From an uncultured Candidatus Saccharibacteria bacterium (GTDB taxonomy: Bacteria; Patescibacteriota; Saccharimonadia; Saccharimonadales; JAGQNJ01), in contig CAZNZL010000002.1 of assembly GCA_964577565.1 (NCBI GenBank), positions 10,054-74,053 on the forward strand: 64,000 nucleotides of DNA, read 5' to 3'. Each line of letters begins with the position of its first letter. Position 1 is the first letter of the stretch. The notes below the pieces were generated by a model. That model had not been told where the DNA came from. It searched no databases and saw only the letters and a list, made by a program, of their open reading frames with translations. The position numbers and the translations under genes are program-made. Of this stretch, positions 52,046 through 62,694 are shown one piece after another.

Positions 52046-52141
52046 GTATCTTTTACTAAGTATAACACTCGTTCGCAAAATGTTTATGCCTAATCTGGAC
52101 TCCAAAAACAGATAGAAACTGCTATACTTAGCGTATACCTT

Positions 52142-53569
52142 ATGAAAAATAACGCCTCATTTGTATACGGCTTTTTTCTCATCATTGGCGATTTTCTAGC
52201 TCTGTTGGCAGCGTTTGTGGCTGCCTACATTTTGCGCGTTCGGATTGACGACCGCCCGCTTATAGAATTTGTGTCAGCGCGTACGTATTTTACGGTTTTT
52301 GTGGTGTTAACGGTGTTTTGGATTGGCATTTTTGCCCTGCTCGGCCTGTATAATAACTCCATTTATGAAAAACGCTTTAAGGAGTTTGGGCGCCTGCTGG
52401 TTGGCTCGTTTGTTGGGCTGCTATTTGTGTTAAGTGTCGCGTACCTTAGCAAGCAAGCTATCTTTCCGGCTCGTTTGGTACCGTTTTATGGCTTTATCTT
52501 TGCCTTCTCGTTGCTGGTTATTTTTCGTAACATTGCCCGCTTTATTCGCGGACGACTTTACCATTACGGCATTGGTGTTAATAATTTGTTAATTGTTGGC
52601 AATAGCAGGGTCGTTGACGAGCTAGTAGACCTGTTTGGTGATAAAAGCTCTGGTTACAACATTGTAGGCATTGTTGGCCATAAGCACAAACATGGCCGCT
52701 TTCGTTCTTTTGCAACCTTTGAAGAGGCCGTTGAGCACCTTAACGCCCACAACGTGCATGCCATTATTCAAACCGAGCTCTATGCCAGCGCCACCAAAAA
52801 CAACGCCATTCTTGATTACGCCCAAAATAACCACATATCGTACCGCTTTATTCCGGGTAACACCGAGTTGTTTGTTGGCAACATTGATGTAGAGCTCTTT
52901 CGCTCGTCTATACCGGTTATTGCCGTTAACCAAACTGCGCTCAACGGTTGGGGGCGAATCGTGAAACGGGTGTTCGATATCGTCGTAACGTTTCCGCTAA
53001 TCATTATATTAAGCCCGCTATATATTTTGCTGTCATTGCTAATTTTTCTGTCAGATTTGGGAGCCCCGTTTTACACCCAAAAGCGCGTGACACGGTATAA
53101 CCGTATTTTTAAGATCTATAAATTTCGCAGTCTTAAACGCAAATATAACGGCCTTACCCCAGAAGAAGCATTTATTAAAATGGAAAGGCCCGAGCTCATC
53201 AAACAATACCGCGAAAACGGGGATCAGATTCCTAACGATCCTCGGTTTTCTATTATTGGCCGCGTTATTAGACGATTCAGCCTTGATGAACTACCTCAGT
53301 TATTTAATATCATAAAAGGTGACATCAGTTTGGTGGGCCCAAGAGCCTTGGTTCCAGAAGAAATTAGTCTAGCTGACTCTAAGCACCATATTGTCAGCGT
53401 TAAGTCAGGGCTAACCGGCTTAGCTCAGGTGTCGGGTCGCCGTGACATAAGCTTTAGCGAACGCCGAAAGCTCGATTTATACTATGTACAAAATTGGAGT
53501 TTTTGGATGGATCTCACAATTCTAACAAAGACGATCAGTGTTGTGGTGAGGCGTTTGGGCGCTCAATAA
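52142..53569 (+). CDS. Polyprenyl-phosphate sugar phosphotransferase (WbaP/EpsB-type initiating transferase)
   Basis: Multi-TM N-terminus and a C-terminal bacterial sugar-transferase domain (KRVFDIV...LDELPQLFNIIKGDISLVGPRA). Confidence 0.9.
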   Translation: MKNNASFVYGFFLIIGDFLALLAAFVAAYILRVRIDDRPLIEFVSARTYFTVFVVLTVFWIGIFALLGLYNNSIYEKRFKEFGRLLVGSFVGLLFVLSVAYLSKQAIFPARLVPFYGFIFAFSLLVIFRNIARFIRGRLYHYGIGVNNLLIVGNSRVVDELVDLFGDKSSGYNIVGIVGHKHKHGRFRSFATFEEAVEHLNAHNVHAIIQTELYASATKNNAILDYAQNNHISYRFIPGNTELFVGNIDVELFRSSIPVIAVNQTALNGWGRIVKRVFDIVVTFPLIIILSPLYILLSLLIFLSDLGAPFYTQKRVTRYNRIFKIYKFRSLKRKYNGLTPEEAFIKMERPELIKQYRENGDQIPNDPRFSIIGRVIRRFSLDELPQLFNIIKGDISLVGPRALVPEEISLADSKHHIVSVKSGLTGLAQVSGRRDISFSERRKLDLYYVQNWSFWMDLTILTKTISVVVRRLGAQ

Positions 53570-53801
53570 CAAATTGTTGTTTCATTTTACAACATTAACG
53601 ATATGCCGCCATATACTACTGTAAAATGAACTTGCCAAAGCGTCTACAGTCGTTCGAAGCTTGACATTATTTCTGCAGCCGGTATCATTACTCCTTGTGT
53701 CTTTTAAACGTGAGGTGAGAAAGTCACAAACTTGGAGATGAATAAGTTATGTCCAAGCTATTAATTATGAATCTAAACACAATTTAGGAGGGTTTTAGAT
53801 A

Positions 53802-54626
53802 ATGCGTAAAACCGCACTTTTTGCGGGCGTATTTGCTGCTGCCGTGATTTTTCAGGCAGAAGCTACACCAGCAAAGGCGATGTCGTTAGACTATAACGCC
53901 GATACTCCAGCCTCAATAATAGAGCTGGCCACTATTAACATCGAAAAAGAAGAAGCTTCAGCTTCAAACATACCAGAAGAGAAACCAGAAGAGCACCGTA
54001 CAACGGTACAAGCTGAACCAACACCACAACCCGAGGTGCACACTGTCGGCAAGGGGGATTCCCTTTCAAAAATCGCAAAAGCCCACGGAACAACTTGGCA
54101 ACGGTTATTTAATAAGAATACCCAGATACAACACCCTGACATCATCAACCCAAATGATCAAGTTACCATTCCGCGCCCAGACGAGGTGCTAGTAGACCGG
54201 CCACTACCGGCAGCGCCGCAGGTTAATCCGCAACCAGCTGCACAAACCACCGAATCAGCAGCGCGTAAACCGGTGCGTAAAACCGAAACGCGTACTACGA
54301 GACCAACTGCCCGGGTCAGTCGTGGTTCTTCTAGCGGCAACCTATATGTACGAGGCTACTGTACGTGGTATGCAAAAAACCGCCGGCCTGACTTGCCTAA
54401 TAACTTAGGCAATGCCAATACTTGGGTTGCTCGAGCAAGGGCACAAGGTATCCCAACAGGATCAGCACCCCGTGTTGGTGCTATTGGGCAACAGGGTATG
54501 CACGTCGTGTATGTTGAACAAGTACATGGTAATGACACGGTGACAGTGAGTGAAATGAACTTTAAGGGCTTCGGCATCGTTAGCAGCCGTACCGTCCCCG
54601 CCAGCTACTTTCAGTACATATATTGA
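53802..54626 (+). CDS. Secreted LysM and CHAP domain peptidoglycan hydrolase
   Basis: Signal peptide, LysM (HTVGKGDSLSKIAKAHGTTWQRLFNKN...VTIP), Pro-rich linker, CHAP (GYCTWYAKNRR...MHVVYVEQV). Confidence 0.85.
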   Translation: MRKTALFAGVFAAAVIFQAEATPAKAMSLDYNADTPASIIELATINIEKEEASASNIPEEKPEEHRTTVQAEPTPQPEVHTVGKGDSLSKIAKAHGTTWQRLFNKNTQIQHPDIINPNDQVTIPRPDEVLVDRPLPAAPQVNPQPAAQTTESAARKPVRKTETRTTRPTARVSRGSSSGNLYVRGYCTWYAKNRRPDLPNNLGNANTWVARARAQGIPTGSAPRVGAIGQQGMHVVYVEQVHGNDTVTVSEMNFKGFGIVSSRTVPASYFQYIY

Positions 54627-54827
54627 TATATACTAGATATCAGTTTGAAGTACTCCCCGATCACAAACCACACACTTGAGCGTCTAGTACATTTTCTTCT
54701 TGAGAAACGGACCAAATCGTACATATGGTACGAAGAGGGAGAATCGCAAAGAAAAATTGCGCTAGGCGCCAAGAACACTTCACAAAGTTGGACTTTGTTC
54801 AACTTTATGAAAGGTGGTGTATAGGTT

Positions 54828-55889
54828 GTGAAGGTGGCGATCGTCCATGATTGGCTAATCGGCGGGGGTGCCGAACGCGTTGTCGAGGCACTGCATCAAA
54901 TGTACCCCGATGCGCCAATTTATACGTCGTATTGCAGCGATGAATGGCGGCAGCGTCTCGATAATAAAGTTGTTACTGGTCCTCTTCAAAGATGGCCGTT
55001 TTCACGGTTGCGTAAGTATATTCCGTTTTTGCGGATATGGTGGTTTACATCACTCAAATTTGATGAGTTTGACCTGGTTATTTCTTCTAGCGGGGCCGAA
55101 GCCAAGGGTATAAAAACTGGCCCTAATACTTTACATGTTAACTATTGTCATGCTCCAACTCATTATTACTGGAGTAGGTATGACGAATACCTAAAAAATC
55201 CGGGCTTTGGCATTTTTGACCCGTTAGCTCGATTGGGCTTGCGTATGTTGGTGGGCCCCTTAAGACGCTGGGACTACAAAGCCGCCCAACGACCCGACCG
55301 AATCATTGCAAACTCTTCGTACACTCAGGCACAAATAAAAAAATATTACAATCGTGACAGTGAGGTAGTCTTTCCTCCTGTTGATGTTGAAAAATTTAAG
55401 TCGCACAATAACCGCACACGAAGCGGTTTTGTGATTGCTGGCAGACAAACACCCTACAAACGTTTTGACTTGGCTGTTACGGCTTGCACTAAACTACAGC
55501 TGCCGTTGCTAGTTATCGGTAACGGGCCTGAGCATAAAACGCTCCGCCAACTTGCTGGCCCTACCGTTTCTTTTTTGCCAAACGCCAGCGATGAAGAGGT
55601 CGTAAAGGCTTTTCAACATGCTGAGGGCTTTATCTTTCCTGGGGTTGATGATTTCGGTATTGTTGCAGTTGAGGCAATTGCTGCTGGCTGTCCTGTTATT
55701 GCCTACAAAGACGGCGGCGCCTTAGATTATGTCGTCCCTGAAAAAACTGGCATATTTTTTGAAAAACAAACCGTAAACAGTTTGGTAGAGGCTCTGTCTC
55801 GATTTAAGTTCTTTGCTGTTAAAAAGATACCTATCCCCGTAGACTCTGAAAGCTTTAAAACTAATTTACAAAAACACCTACGTCCCTAA
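54828..55889 (+). CDS. Glycosyltransferase family 4
   Basis: GTG start, VKVAIVHDW. GT-B fold with an E..G....EA-type C-terminal motif (GVDDFGIVAVEAIAAGCPVIA). Confidence 0.85.
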   Translation: MKVAIVHDWLIGGGAERVVEALHQMYPDAPIYTSYCSDEWRQRLDNKVVTGPLQRWPFSRLRKYIPFLRIWWFTSLKFDEFDLVISSSGAEAKGIKTGPNTLHVNYCHAPTHYYWSRYDEYLKNPGFGIFDPLARLGLRMLVGPLRRWDYKAAQRPDRIIANSSYTQAQIKKYYNRDSEVVFPPVDVEKFKSHNNRTRSGFVIAGRQTPYKRFDLAVTACTKLQLPLLVIGNGPEHKTLRQLAGPTVSFLPNASDEEVVKAFQHAEGFIFPGVDDFGIVAVEAIAAGCPVIAYKDGGALDYVVPEKTGIFFEKQTVNSLVEALSRFKFFAVKKIPIPVDSESFKTNLQKHLRP

Positions 55890-57184
55890 ATTTGACCATG
55901 GGTTACGGTATGCCAAAGCGGTTGAGCGTACCTATTGTATTCGACTAGATTACCGTCGTTCTGCATGATGAGATACGCCGGGTTCGGGCTCACACCCGAC
56001 CACCATAAGGGACGACCGCTAGATGAGTACACAACGAGGTTGCCGTCTGTCTGAACCGCCAAGAAAGCGCCCGGTTTGCCATAGGTATAGCTATGCCACA
56101 GCGGTTTATAGCCTGGTGCATACAACACCAAATTGCCATCTGGCTGCATAATCAGACTGTAACGCCGATCGCTTGATCGAATATACTGATTTGTGCGCAT
56201 AATTTGGCCAGGCCACAAGACGTTCGTTCCAACAAACACCGAGTAGTCCGGAATAACAACGCTGCTACTCCATAACGGTCCCCCACTTGAATTGTAGGTT
56301 ACAAGATTTCCATCAGTCTGCAAAACGAGTGAAGCAGCACCGTAACGCACCCCGCTATTCCATAACGGCCTACCATTGACGGCATATATGACTAGGTTAC
56401 CATCACTCTGAAAGGCAGCATACGCGCCCGGATTGCCATGCGTATGCGTATGCCACAGTGGACGATACCCACTACCATAATGCACCAGGTTGCCATCTGG
56501 TTGCATCATAAGCACGTGTCTCGTGTTTACCGACTCAATATATTGGTTTGAACGAATTACCTGGTTTGGTCTAAGCCAGTCTGTTCCTAAAAACTGAGCG
56601 TCTCTTACGCCGGCAGGCAGCACACCTGCAGGTTGTAATGATGACAAGCCAAAATCTATAAACGCACTTAACCCAAGCTGGCTTGGCGTACCAGTTCGGG
56701 TACCAAAACTACCCGTACTGCCCCAATTATATTCAGAAATTGTAACTACCCCATTGTTTACGCTCTCTACAAAGACAACGTGGCCATATCGGTTATCTAC
56801 TCCAACCGTCTTTGGTGCTGGCGAAGCACTGACACTTAATCCTCTTGCTGGTGCATTATTATCCCACGCGCCTGCATTACCTAAACCAGTTACTTTTGAA
56901 GCAGCAACGCCCTGGTTTAGTAGCTTCCAAGCAACATAATCGGTACAGTTCCGGTAATAATAATTGCCCGTTGCCGGGTTGCGCACGCGCCCCTCATGCG
57001 ACCATTCATAGTTCGGACATTTACCACTTACCTTCCCAGTCGCAACACAAACTGCTCCACTCCACGGATAGCCGCCGCTGGCGTACGCTTTTGCTCGCAC
57101 CACAAGAGGTGACAGCATACTAATTATAGTAGCACCCGCCAAGACAAGACGCACACCGCGCCGAACAGGCATTGCAAGCACCAT
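55886..57184 (-). CDS. Secreted CHAP amidase fused to two bulb-type (GNA-like) mannose-binding lectin domains
   Basis: CHAP residues NCTDYVAWKL / GHVVFVESV. Six QxDGNLVxY subdomain motifs (QPDGNLVHY, QSDGNLVIY, QTDGNLVTY, QPDGNLVLY, QTDGNLVVY, QNDGNLVEY). Confidence 0.85.
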   Translation of the reverse strand: MVLAMPVRRGVRLVLAGATIISMLSPLVVRAKAYASGGYPWSGAVCVATGKVSGKCPNYEWSHEGRVRNPATGNYYYRNCTDYVAWKLLNQGVAASKVTGLGNAGAWDNNAPARGLSVSASPAPKTVGVDNRYGHVVFVESVNNGVVTISEYNWGSTGSFGTRTGTPSQLGLSAFIDFGLSSLQPAGVLPAGVRDAQFLGTDWLRPNQVIRSNQYIESVNTRHVLMMQPDGNLVHYGSGYRPLWHTHTHGNPGAYAAFQSDGNLVIYAVNGRPLWNSGVRYGAASLVLQTDGNLVTYNSSGGPLWSSSVVIPDYSVFVGTNVLWPGQIMRTNQYIRSSDRRYSLIMQPDGNLVLYAPGYKPLWHSYTYGKPGAFLAVQTDGNLVVYSSSGRPLWWSGVSPNPAYLIMQNDGNLVEYNRYAQPLWHTVTHGQI

Positions 57185-57410
57185 TCCGTTACCCCCAATA
57201 TTAAATTGTGAGCACAATATAGACCTGGTTACGCATTAATAAAACTGCTCGCGCTTAAATTTTTGAAACGTAAGAATTTTTTTGATCAAGTTTTCTCTTT
57301 TGGTCGTTATAAAATCTACAATCTGTAAAAAATACAGCTAATTCCCTGCTCTGGTTATGCTAATAACTTCAAAGTTGGTATATTAAGTCATGTTGAGAAG
57401 TACTATCATG

Positions 57411-58436
57411 ATGAAAAAAATCTTGGTTACAGGCGGCGCTGGTTTTATTGGATCTCACACTGTAGTTGAGTTAATAAATGCTGGCTATGAGCCAGTTATC
57501 ATTGATAATCTACACAACTCAGATAAGCAAGTTATTGAGCAGATTAGTGAAATTACTGGAGTGCTGCCAAAGTTTTATGAAGTCGACTATACTAACAGAG
57601 ATAAACTTTTACAAATCATCACAAACGAGAAGATAGAGGGGATTATTCATTTTGCAGCCCATAAGGCTGTCGATGAATCAATAAAAGAGCCTCTGAAGTA
57701 CTATCAGAATAATATTGGTGGCCTGGTAACACTGTTGAGTTGTGTGCAAAGCCCGGGTATTCGGGCATTAATTTTTTCATCTTCCTGTACTGTGTATGGC
57801 GAGCCAGATGAGTTGCCTATCACTGAAGAATCACCCCTTAAGTCACCCATCTCACCATACGGAGCAACCAAACAAATGGGTGAGCAAATTATTCATGACT
57901 ACGTACGCGCCAACAATCACTTATCAGCTCTTTCACTACGTTACTTCAACCCTATTGGCGCACATCCAAGCGGGCTTATCGGTGAATTGCCGCGCGGTGT
58001 CCCGGCTAATTTAGTACCGTTTGTCACACAAACTGCTGCTGGCCTTCGTGCCAGCTTAACTATTTACGGCAATGATTATCCTACACCAGACGGAACCTGT
58101 ATTCGTGACTACATCCATGTTGTTGACCTTGCACAGGCTCATATCAAAGCCTTGGAGCTTGCCATAGCAAAACCAGCAGGTTTTTATGATGCCATCAATA
58201 TAGGAACGGGGAGGGGCTACAGCGTGCTTGAAATAATAAAAACTTTTGAAAAAGTAAATAAATTATCGGTGCCGTACGAGTTTGGACCGAGGCGCTTAGG
58301 AGATATTGTAAGCATTTATGCCAATGCTGATAAAGCCGAAAGGCTCTTGAACTGGAAGGCAAGGCACACATTAGAAAATGCCCTAAAGGACGCTTGGCGT
58401 TGGCAACAAAATATATCCTTACTTATAGAACATTGA
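57411..58436 (+). CDS. galE: UDP-glucose 4-epimerase
   Basis: KILVTGGAGFIGSH, SSSCTVYG, YGATK. Confidence 0.9.
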   Translation: MKKILVTGGAGFIGSHTVVELINAGYEPVIIDNLHNSDKQVIEQISEITGVLPKFYEVDYTNRDKLLQIITNEKIEGIIHFAAHKAVDESIKEPLKYYQNNIGGLVTLLSCVQSPGIRALIFSSSCTVYGEPDELPITEESPLKSPISPYGATKQMGEQIIHDYVRANNHLSALSLRYFNPIGAHPSGLIGELPRGVPANLVPFVTQTAAGLRASLTIYGNDYPTPDGTCIRDYIHVVDLAQAHIKALELAIAKPAGFYDAINIGTGRGYSVLEIIKTFEKVNKLSVPYEFGPRRLGDIVSIYANADKAERLLNWKARHTLENALKDAWRWQQNISLLIEH

Positions 58437-58450
58437 TTAAACTGGTCATG

Positions 58451-59554
58451 CTACCCTAAAAGACAGCGTTGCCGACGAAGCAAAAAGTCGATTGTGTATA
58501 CCAAGAGGCCGCCAGCTATGAAGAATTCGATATATTCTGTGTACAACCAAAACCTTATTCCATGTAATTCATATGGAAAAGTTAAAAATGTATATACAGC
58601 CGCATGTTGGAGAATAGCGGCTACTATATAGACAGCCGTGAGCTCATATCTTCTTGTTTGAACTGTAGTGAAGATACCATGGATAAGTATCGTGTGAATA
58701 AATATCGTTACAAACAATATGCTCGGGCGCATGGCTGTACCCAACCCCATTAAACCAAAAATTGTCGAAAAAGGTATTAATAACCACCGACTCGGCAAAA
58801 AGGATATAAATTGTGGGAGCTTGAGCCGTGCAAGAATCCTTGACACATGGTCCCGATAGAACGGCATAATCACTAGCATAATAGCACCTCCAACATAAAA
58901 GAGCGTCTCGCTGAGTGTTGTATTAATATTATGCAGGTTAGTCTCACCTTGTGAATTCCTGGCAAGAAATAACCCGAATGTTTCAAAACCCAAAACTCTT
59001 TGCATCCAAGAAATTTCTTCCATACCAATTATGAAAAAAATACTAGCAAGACCAAGTGCTATGAGAAGATTGAAAAATTGCCGACGAATAATTTGGGCAA
59101 TGGCATATAGAATCCAAATAATTGATGCCGCAAATAGAAAAAAAGCTGAGAGGGTTTCTATGGCACCATCTTCAAACGACAACCAATCAACCCAAACAGG
59201 CTGATAATACATCCCCACAATAAGTAATGTCATCGTTAAAAAGACACCGACAGTTATCACGCTCTTAAATAGCGCGTAATATTGTGTACTCTTAAATACG
59301 ATCACAACGGCAGTAAAGACATGAAGCAACACCCTAACTATAGTAATAACTATGCTTTGTCTTCCGATATTAGCAACCAGTATAAAAATTTCTGTCAAGA
59401 AAGTTACTGTAAGACAAGAGAGTGGCAATAAATAACGATGCTTTGGTTGTAGCCAAGAAATTTTTTTCTGCATTGGTTTTATTATATAGGATATATACCG
59501 TGTGGATATGTCTAATGTGCACGTAATTAGCTTAGCTAGCTTTACCGCTTTCAT
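58451..59554 (-). CDS. Hypothetical polytopic membrane protein (up to 367 aa; start uncertain)
   Basis: About 10 hydrophobic segments, located within the glycan locus. Confidence 0.55.
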   Translation of the reverse strand: MKAVKLAKLITCTLDISTRYISYIIKPMQKKISWLQPKHRYLLPLSCLTVTFLTEIFILVANIGRQSIVITIVRVLLHVFTAVVIVFKSTQYYALFKSVITVGVFLTMTLLIVGMYYQPVWVDWLSFEDGAIETLSAFFLFAASIIWILYAIAQIIRRQFFNLLIALGLASIFFIIGMEEISWMQRVLGFETFGLFLARNSQGETNLHNINTTLSETLFYVGGAIMLVIMPFYRDHVSRILARLKLPQFISFLPSRWLLIPFSTIFGLMGLGTAMRPSILFVTIFIHTILIHGIFTTVQTRRYELTAVYIVAAILQHAAVYTFLTFPYELHGIRFWLYTEYIEFFIAGGLLVYTIDFLLRRQRCLLG

Positions 59555-61583
59555 TCTTTAAATACTCGATGCATGCGGGATATACATACTTATCCGTGGT
59601 ATTCTGTAACTTTTCGCTGTCTTTATTAAACTTATAGACCGTCAAATCAGCTACTGTTGCGACAGTTTGCAGATACGGCCTATTAGCTACTAATTCATTC
59701 ATTTTATCTATGTTGGAATCAAATTTCGATATGATAACAAAATCTACTCCTATAAAATCTAGGTCTTCGTATCGAAGACTTTCGTAAACCTCTTCCCTGC
59801 AAATAAGTCTATGTTTTGTATCTGCTGCCATAGGGGAGTGCCCCTGTGTTACCGCAACAACATTCACGGGTAGAATCGCTGGTAGTTCATAACTTAACCG
59901 TCCGTCTGTTAATAGTCTTGATTTGGGAGGAATAATTGCTGTCAGGCCATCTCTAATTGTATCAGTATACTCATACGCAAAATGATTGCCCGCTCTTAAA
60001 GAAAACAATTGTCTGTAGGTATCCGGCGCGACAGTTACCACGAAAACTAAAGAAGCCATGGTCATGACAATTATGTTTATTTTGTACGCAGTTTTAATTT
60101 TTAACTTTCGTTTCTGAAGATGACGAACCAATGTAATCAAACCCGAACTTAATGCAGCTAAGCCAGTAAACGGCAATATAAATTTAAGAACATTCATGGC
60201 TACAAAACGCTCAATAACCCAAATTGGTAAAATTATTCTCAACAAAGTAAAGATTGGGGGTATCCAGTATATGACAGCCACGAAACTTACAAGTGCAATT
60301 AATATGCTCGCCCTATCTTCATTGCGCCACCGCCATTTGTTAGCCAAATATATAAATCCACCGGTAGAAAGTATTAAGCTAAACCATCCAAAACTGCTTC
60401 GCGGTAACAGTCTTTGTGGATGCTGAACAGAAAGAAACAAGAAGTCTACGGTTGCGGGAGCCCCTAATATTTGCTGTTCGGCAGTAAGGCGTGATGGTAA
60501 TAACGCCGTGATGACGGGTCCAATCATAAGTACCAACACTCCGCACAACAAAGGCCATGTTTTTTTAACCTCTTGGGTAATCTGCCCCCGCTTGTATAGA
60601 AGCAGCCTTACTACATACCAGTAACTAAGAAATAGTGCCGTCATAAGCGCATACGTGGGGTGTGTATTGGTAATCAGGAACGCGATTGCAAACAATCCAA
60701 CAAGCACGCCCGGCCTAGGACGCTCGAGATAGCTAATTAAGGTAATTATAAAAGCTACGATCCACACAGTTGCCACTGTATTTGGATATGGAGCAGTATA
60801 GAAGAAGTAACTATATAGAGGAATCGCTATGATGGTAGCCAGGCTCGCCCATAGTGTGGCATTTTTTGCGGTAAGCCACCTTCGAAAAATTGCATAACTA
60901 AGAGTAAATATGGATAGCCATTGGATAAGACGAAAGTATCCGAATGAGTGCTCCCATACACTTAGAGGTGGATAATTAAATAACTTTGCGGGAATAGCAT
61001 AAAGAGCATATACAAAATTCATGTGATAAGACGAGTCGGGCACATCTGCAAAAAACCCACTGGTAATTGTAAAATGCCCGTCTGTTAGCATAGTTAATAT
61101 GCGAGTTATGTGATAATAAGTATCGACATCGCTTAGTGCAAGCGACCTTATATAGGACGCTATAATAAAATCACCCGCCAAAAATATTATCAGAATTATC
61201 AATACGTATTTAACTATATTTAGCTGATTAAGAAGTCGAAATGGATCATGGTGTGTGGTATGAAAAAGAGAACGGCAAAAAATATAAAGAGAGTATCCAA
61301 GACTTAGTAAAAGCAGCGTGAGATAGATTATTACAGCTACCAGAAGTGGGGCACGAATTATATAAAAAACAAAGAAAATAGGCGCGACAAATACGCAACA
61401 GAGAACGAACGACACAATAAAGACTATAAAGATATGCTGATTTTTAAGTACTCGAGCTAATGTCCCTACCGAGCTCGGAATCTTAGAAAAACTAGCAAGA
61501 AAGTGCAACAACCCATATCCAATAAATACTAACGAAAACCAGTATAAATTTGTAAGTATAAAGGGCGTTAATGTGTTGAGCAT
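59532..61583 (-). CDS. Large polytopic membrane protein (683 aa), possibly a GT-C-type glycosyltransferase or polymerase
   Basis: More than 12 TM helices followed by a ~150-aa soluble C-terminal domain. The function is inferred from genomic context only. Confidence 0.6.
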   Translation of the reverse strand: MLNTLTPFILTNLYWFSLVFIGYGLLHFLASFSKIPSSVGTLARVLKNQHIFIVFIVSFVLCCVFVAPIFFVFYIIRAPLLVAVIIYLTLLLLSLGYSLYIFCRSLFHTTHHDPFRLLNQLNIVKYVLIILIIFLAGDFIIASYIRSLALSDVDTYYHITRILTMLTDGHFTITSGFFADVPDSSYHMNFVYALYAIPAKLFNYPPLSVWEHSFGYFRLIQWLSIFTLSYAIFRRWLTAKNATLWASLATIIAIPLYSYFFYTAPYPNTVATVWIVAFIITLISYLERPRPGVLVGLFAIAFLITNTHPTYALMTALFLSYWYVVRLLLYKRGQITQEVKKTWPLLCGVLVLMIGPVITALLPSRLTAEQQILGAPATVDFLFLSVQHPQRLLPRSSFGWFSLILSTGGFIYLANKWRWRNEDRASILIALVSFVAVIYWIPPIFTLLRIILPIWVIERFVAMNVLKFILPFTGLAALSSGLITLVRHLQKRKLKIKTAYKINIIVMTMASLVFVVTVAPDTYRQLFSLRAGNHFAYEYTDTIRDGLTAIIPPKSRLLTDGRLSYELPAILPVNVVAVTQGHSPMAADTKHRLICREEVYESLRYEDLDFIGVDFVIISKFDSNIDKMNELVANRPYLQTVATVADLTVYKFNKDSEKLQNTTDKYVYPACIEYLKNESGKAS

Positions 61584-61596
61584 ATAGTATAGTAAA

Positions 61597-61953
61597 TTAT
61601 TCTTTTTTTCGTCGGTTCATGCGACTTTCCGCCTCATGCAATGCCAATCTGCGTGCCAACAGATTCATGACCTCTTTTTCTCTTTGCTGGTGTAGATAGT
61701 TATTAATCGTGTACCCGATAAATGCAAGTGTTAATATATATAAAAGCAAGTCTGCGCCTCTTCCTACACCAAAAACATTTGCAATACTGTTAGTGACTTC
61801 TGGCAGAAGTACTGCGACAATCATCGCTAAGGCAAGTACACAAAGCGCTAGCTTCTTCCATGCTTTTGCAGCATGTGTCTGACGCCCAGCAAGCACACTA
61901 ATAATAATACTAATGGACACCAGTATCACTATTGCTTGAATAGCTGAGATCAC
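61597..61953 (-). CDS. DUF2304-like small membrane protein
   Basis: Three or four TM helices and GVGRGADLLLY. It is the typical downstream partner of a GT2 gene. Confidence 0.6.
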   Translation of the reverse strand: MISAIQAIVILVSISIIISVLAGRQTHAAKAWKKLALCVLALAMIVAVLLPEVTNSIANVFGVGRGADLLLYILTLAFIGYTINNYLHQQREKEVMNLLARRLALHEAESRMNRRKKE

Positions 61954-62630
61954 CTACTTACCTTTCTTAGCAACGTATCAAAGGCTATATTTATAGCATT
62001 GATTATTGACTGTCCTTTGGTTTTAGAATAACTTGTATACTCTATTGTAACGGGCACTTCCTTATATCTATATTCTTTTTGCGCAATTATCTCTAGAATT
62101 TCGGATGCATGCGACATATCAGGAAGGGTGATCTGGATTTCATTGGCAACTTTTCTATTAAATACCCTTAGACCATTGTGTGTATCTGTTAAACGTAAAC
62201 CCGTGGTCAGCCTTGTAAACACGACCGCAAGCTTAAGAACCGTTCGCTTCAAACCTGTTATACCATGCGCATCACCAAGAAAGCGCGACCCGAGTACAAC
62301 ATCTACTTTACCGCCCCTGAGTATCTTTACCATTTTTTTCACATCGGCTATTTTATGCTGTCCGTCAGAATCGAATGTCACGAAGTAGTCAACAGGAAGG
62401 TTACGAGCAAACTCTATGCCAGTCTGCAATGCCGCTCCTTGCCCCATATTTATTGGGTGATTCACTAGATAGGCTTTGGTTTTTGCAATCTCATCAACAG
62501 AGTCATCTTGGCTGCCATCATCAACACAAACTATATATTTAAAATGCTTGAGTGCCTCATTAACAACACCCCGTACGACCTTGCCTTCATTATAAACAGG
62601 AATAATAAGTACTGTGTCATTGTCTTTCAT
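61950..62630 (-). CDS. Glycosyltransferase family 2 (polyprenyl-phosphate sugar synthase-like)
   Basis: LIIPVYNE, VDDGSQD and FDSDGQH (DxD) motifs. Start taken at MKDNDT. Confidence 0.85.
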   Translation of the reverse strand: MKDNDTVLIIPVYNEGKVVRGVVNEALKHFKYIVCVDDGSQDDSVDEIAKTKAYLVNHPINMGQGAALQTGIEFARNLPVDYFVTFDSDGQHKIADVKKMVKILRGGKVDVVLGSRFLGDAHGITGLKRTVLKLAVVFTRLTTGLRLTDTHNGLRVFNRKVANEIQITLPDMSHASEILEIIAQKEYRYKEVPVTIEYTSYSKTKGQSIINAINIAFDTLLRKVSR

Positions 62631-62694
62631 TAACCTAATCATAACAATTAACCTAGTGCACTTAAAGAGATTAATATCTGATAAAATAACTGGT

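Noticed and set aside
54627-54826. About 60 open codons continue in frame after the TGA of the LysM-CHAP gene. They contain an HTH-like stretch (WYEEGESQRKIALGAKNTSQSW) reminiscent of a transposase or resolvase N-terminus.
   Set aside because: The stretch is short, with no ATG or SD (only a possible TTG). No inverted repeats or transposase catalytic domain lie nearby. At most it is an IS relic. The CHAP domain is already complete before the stop.
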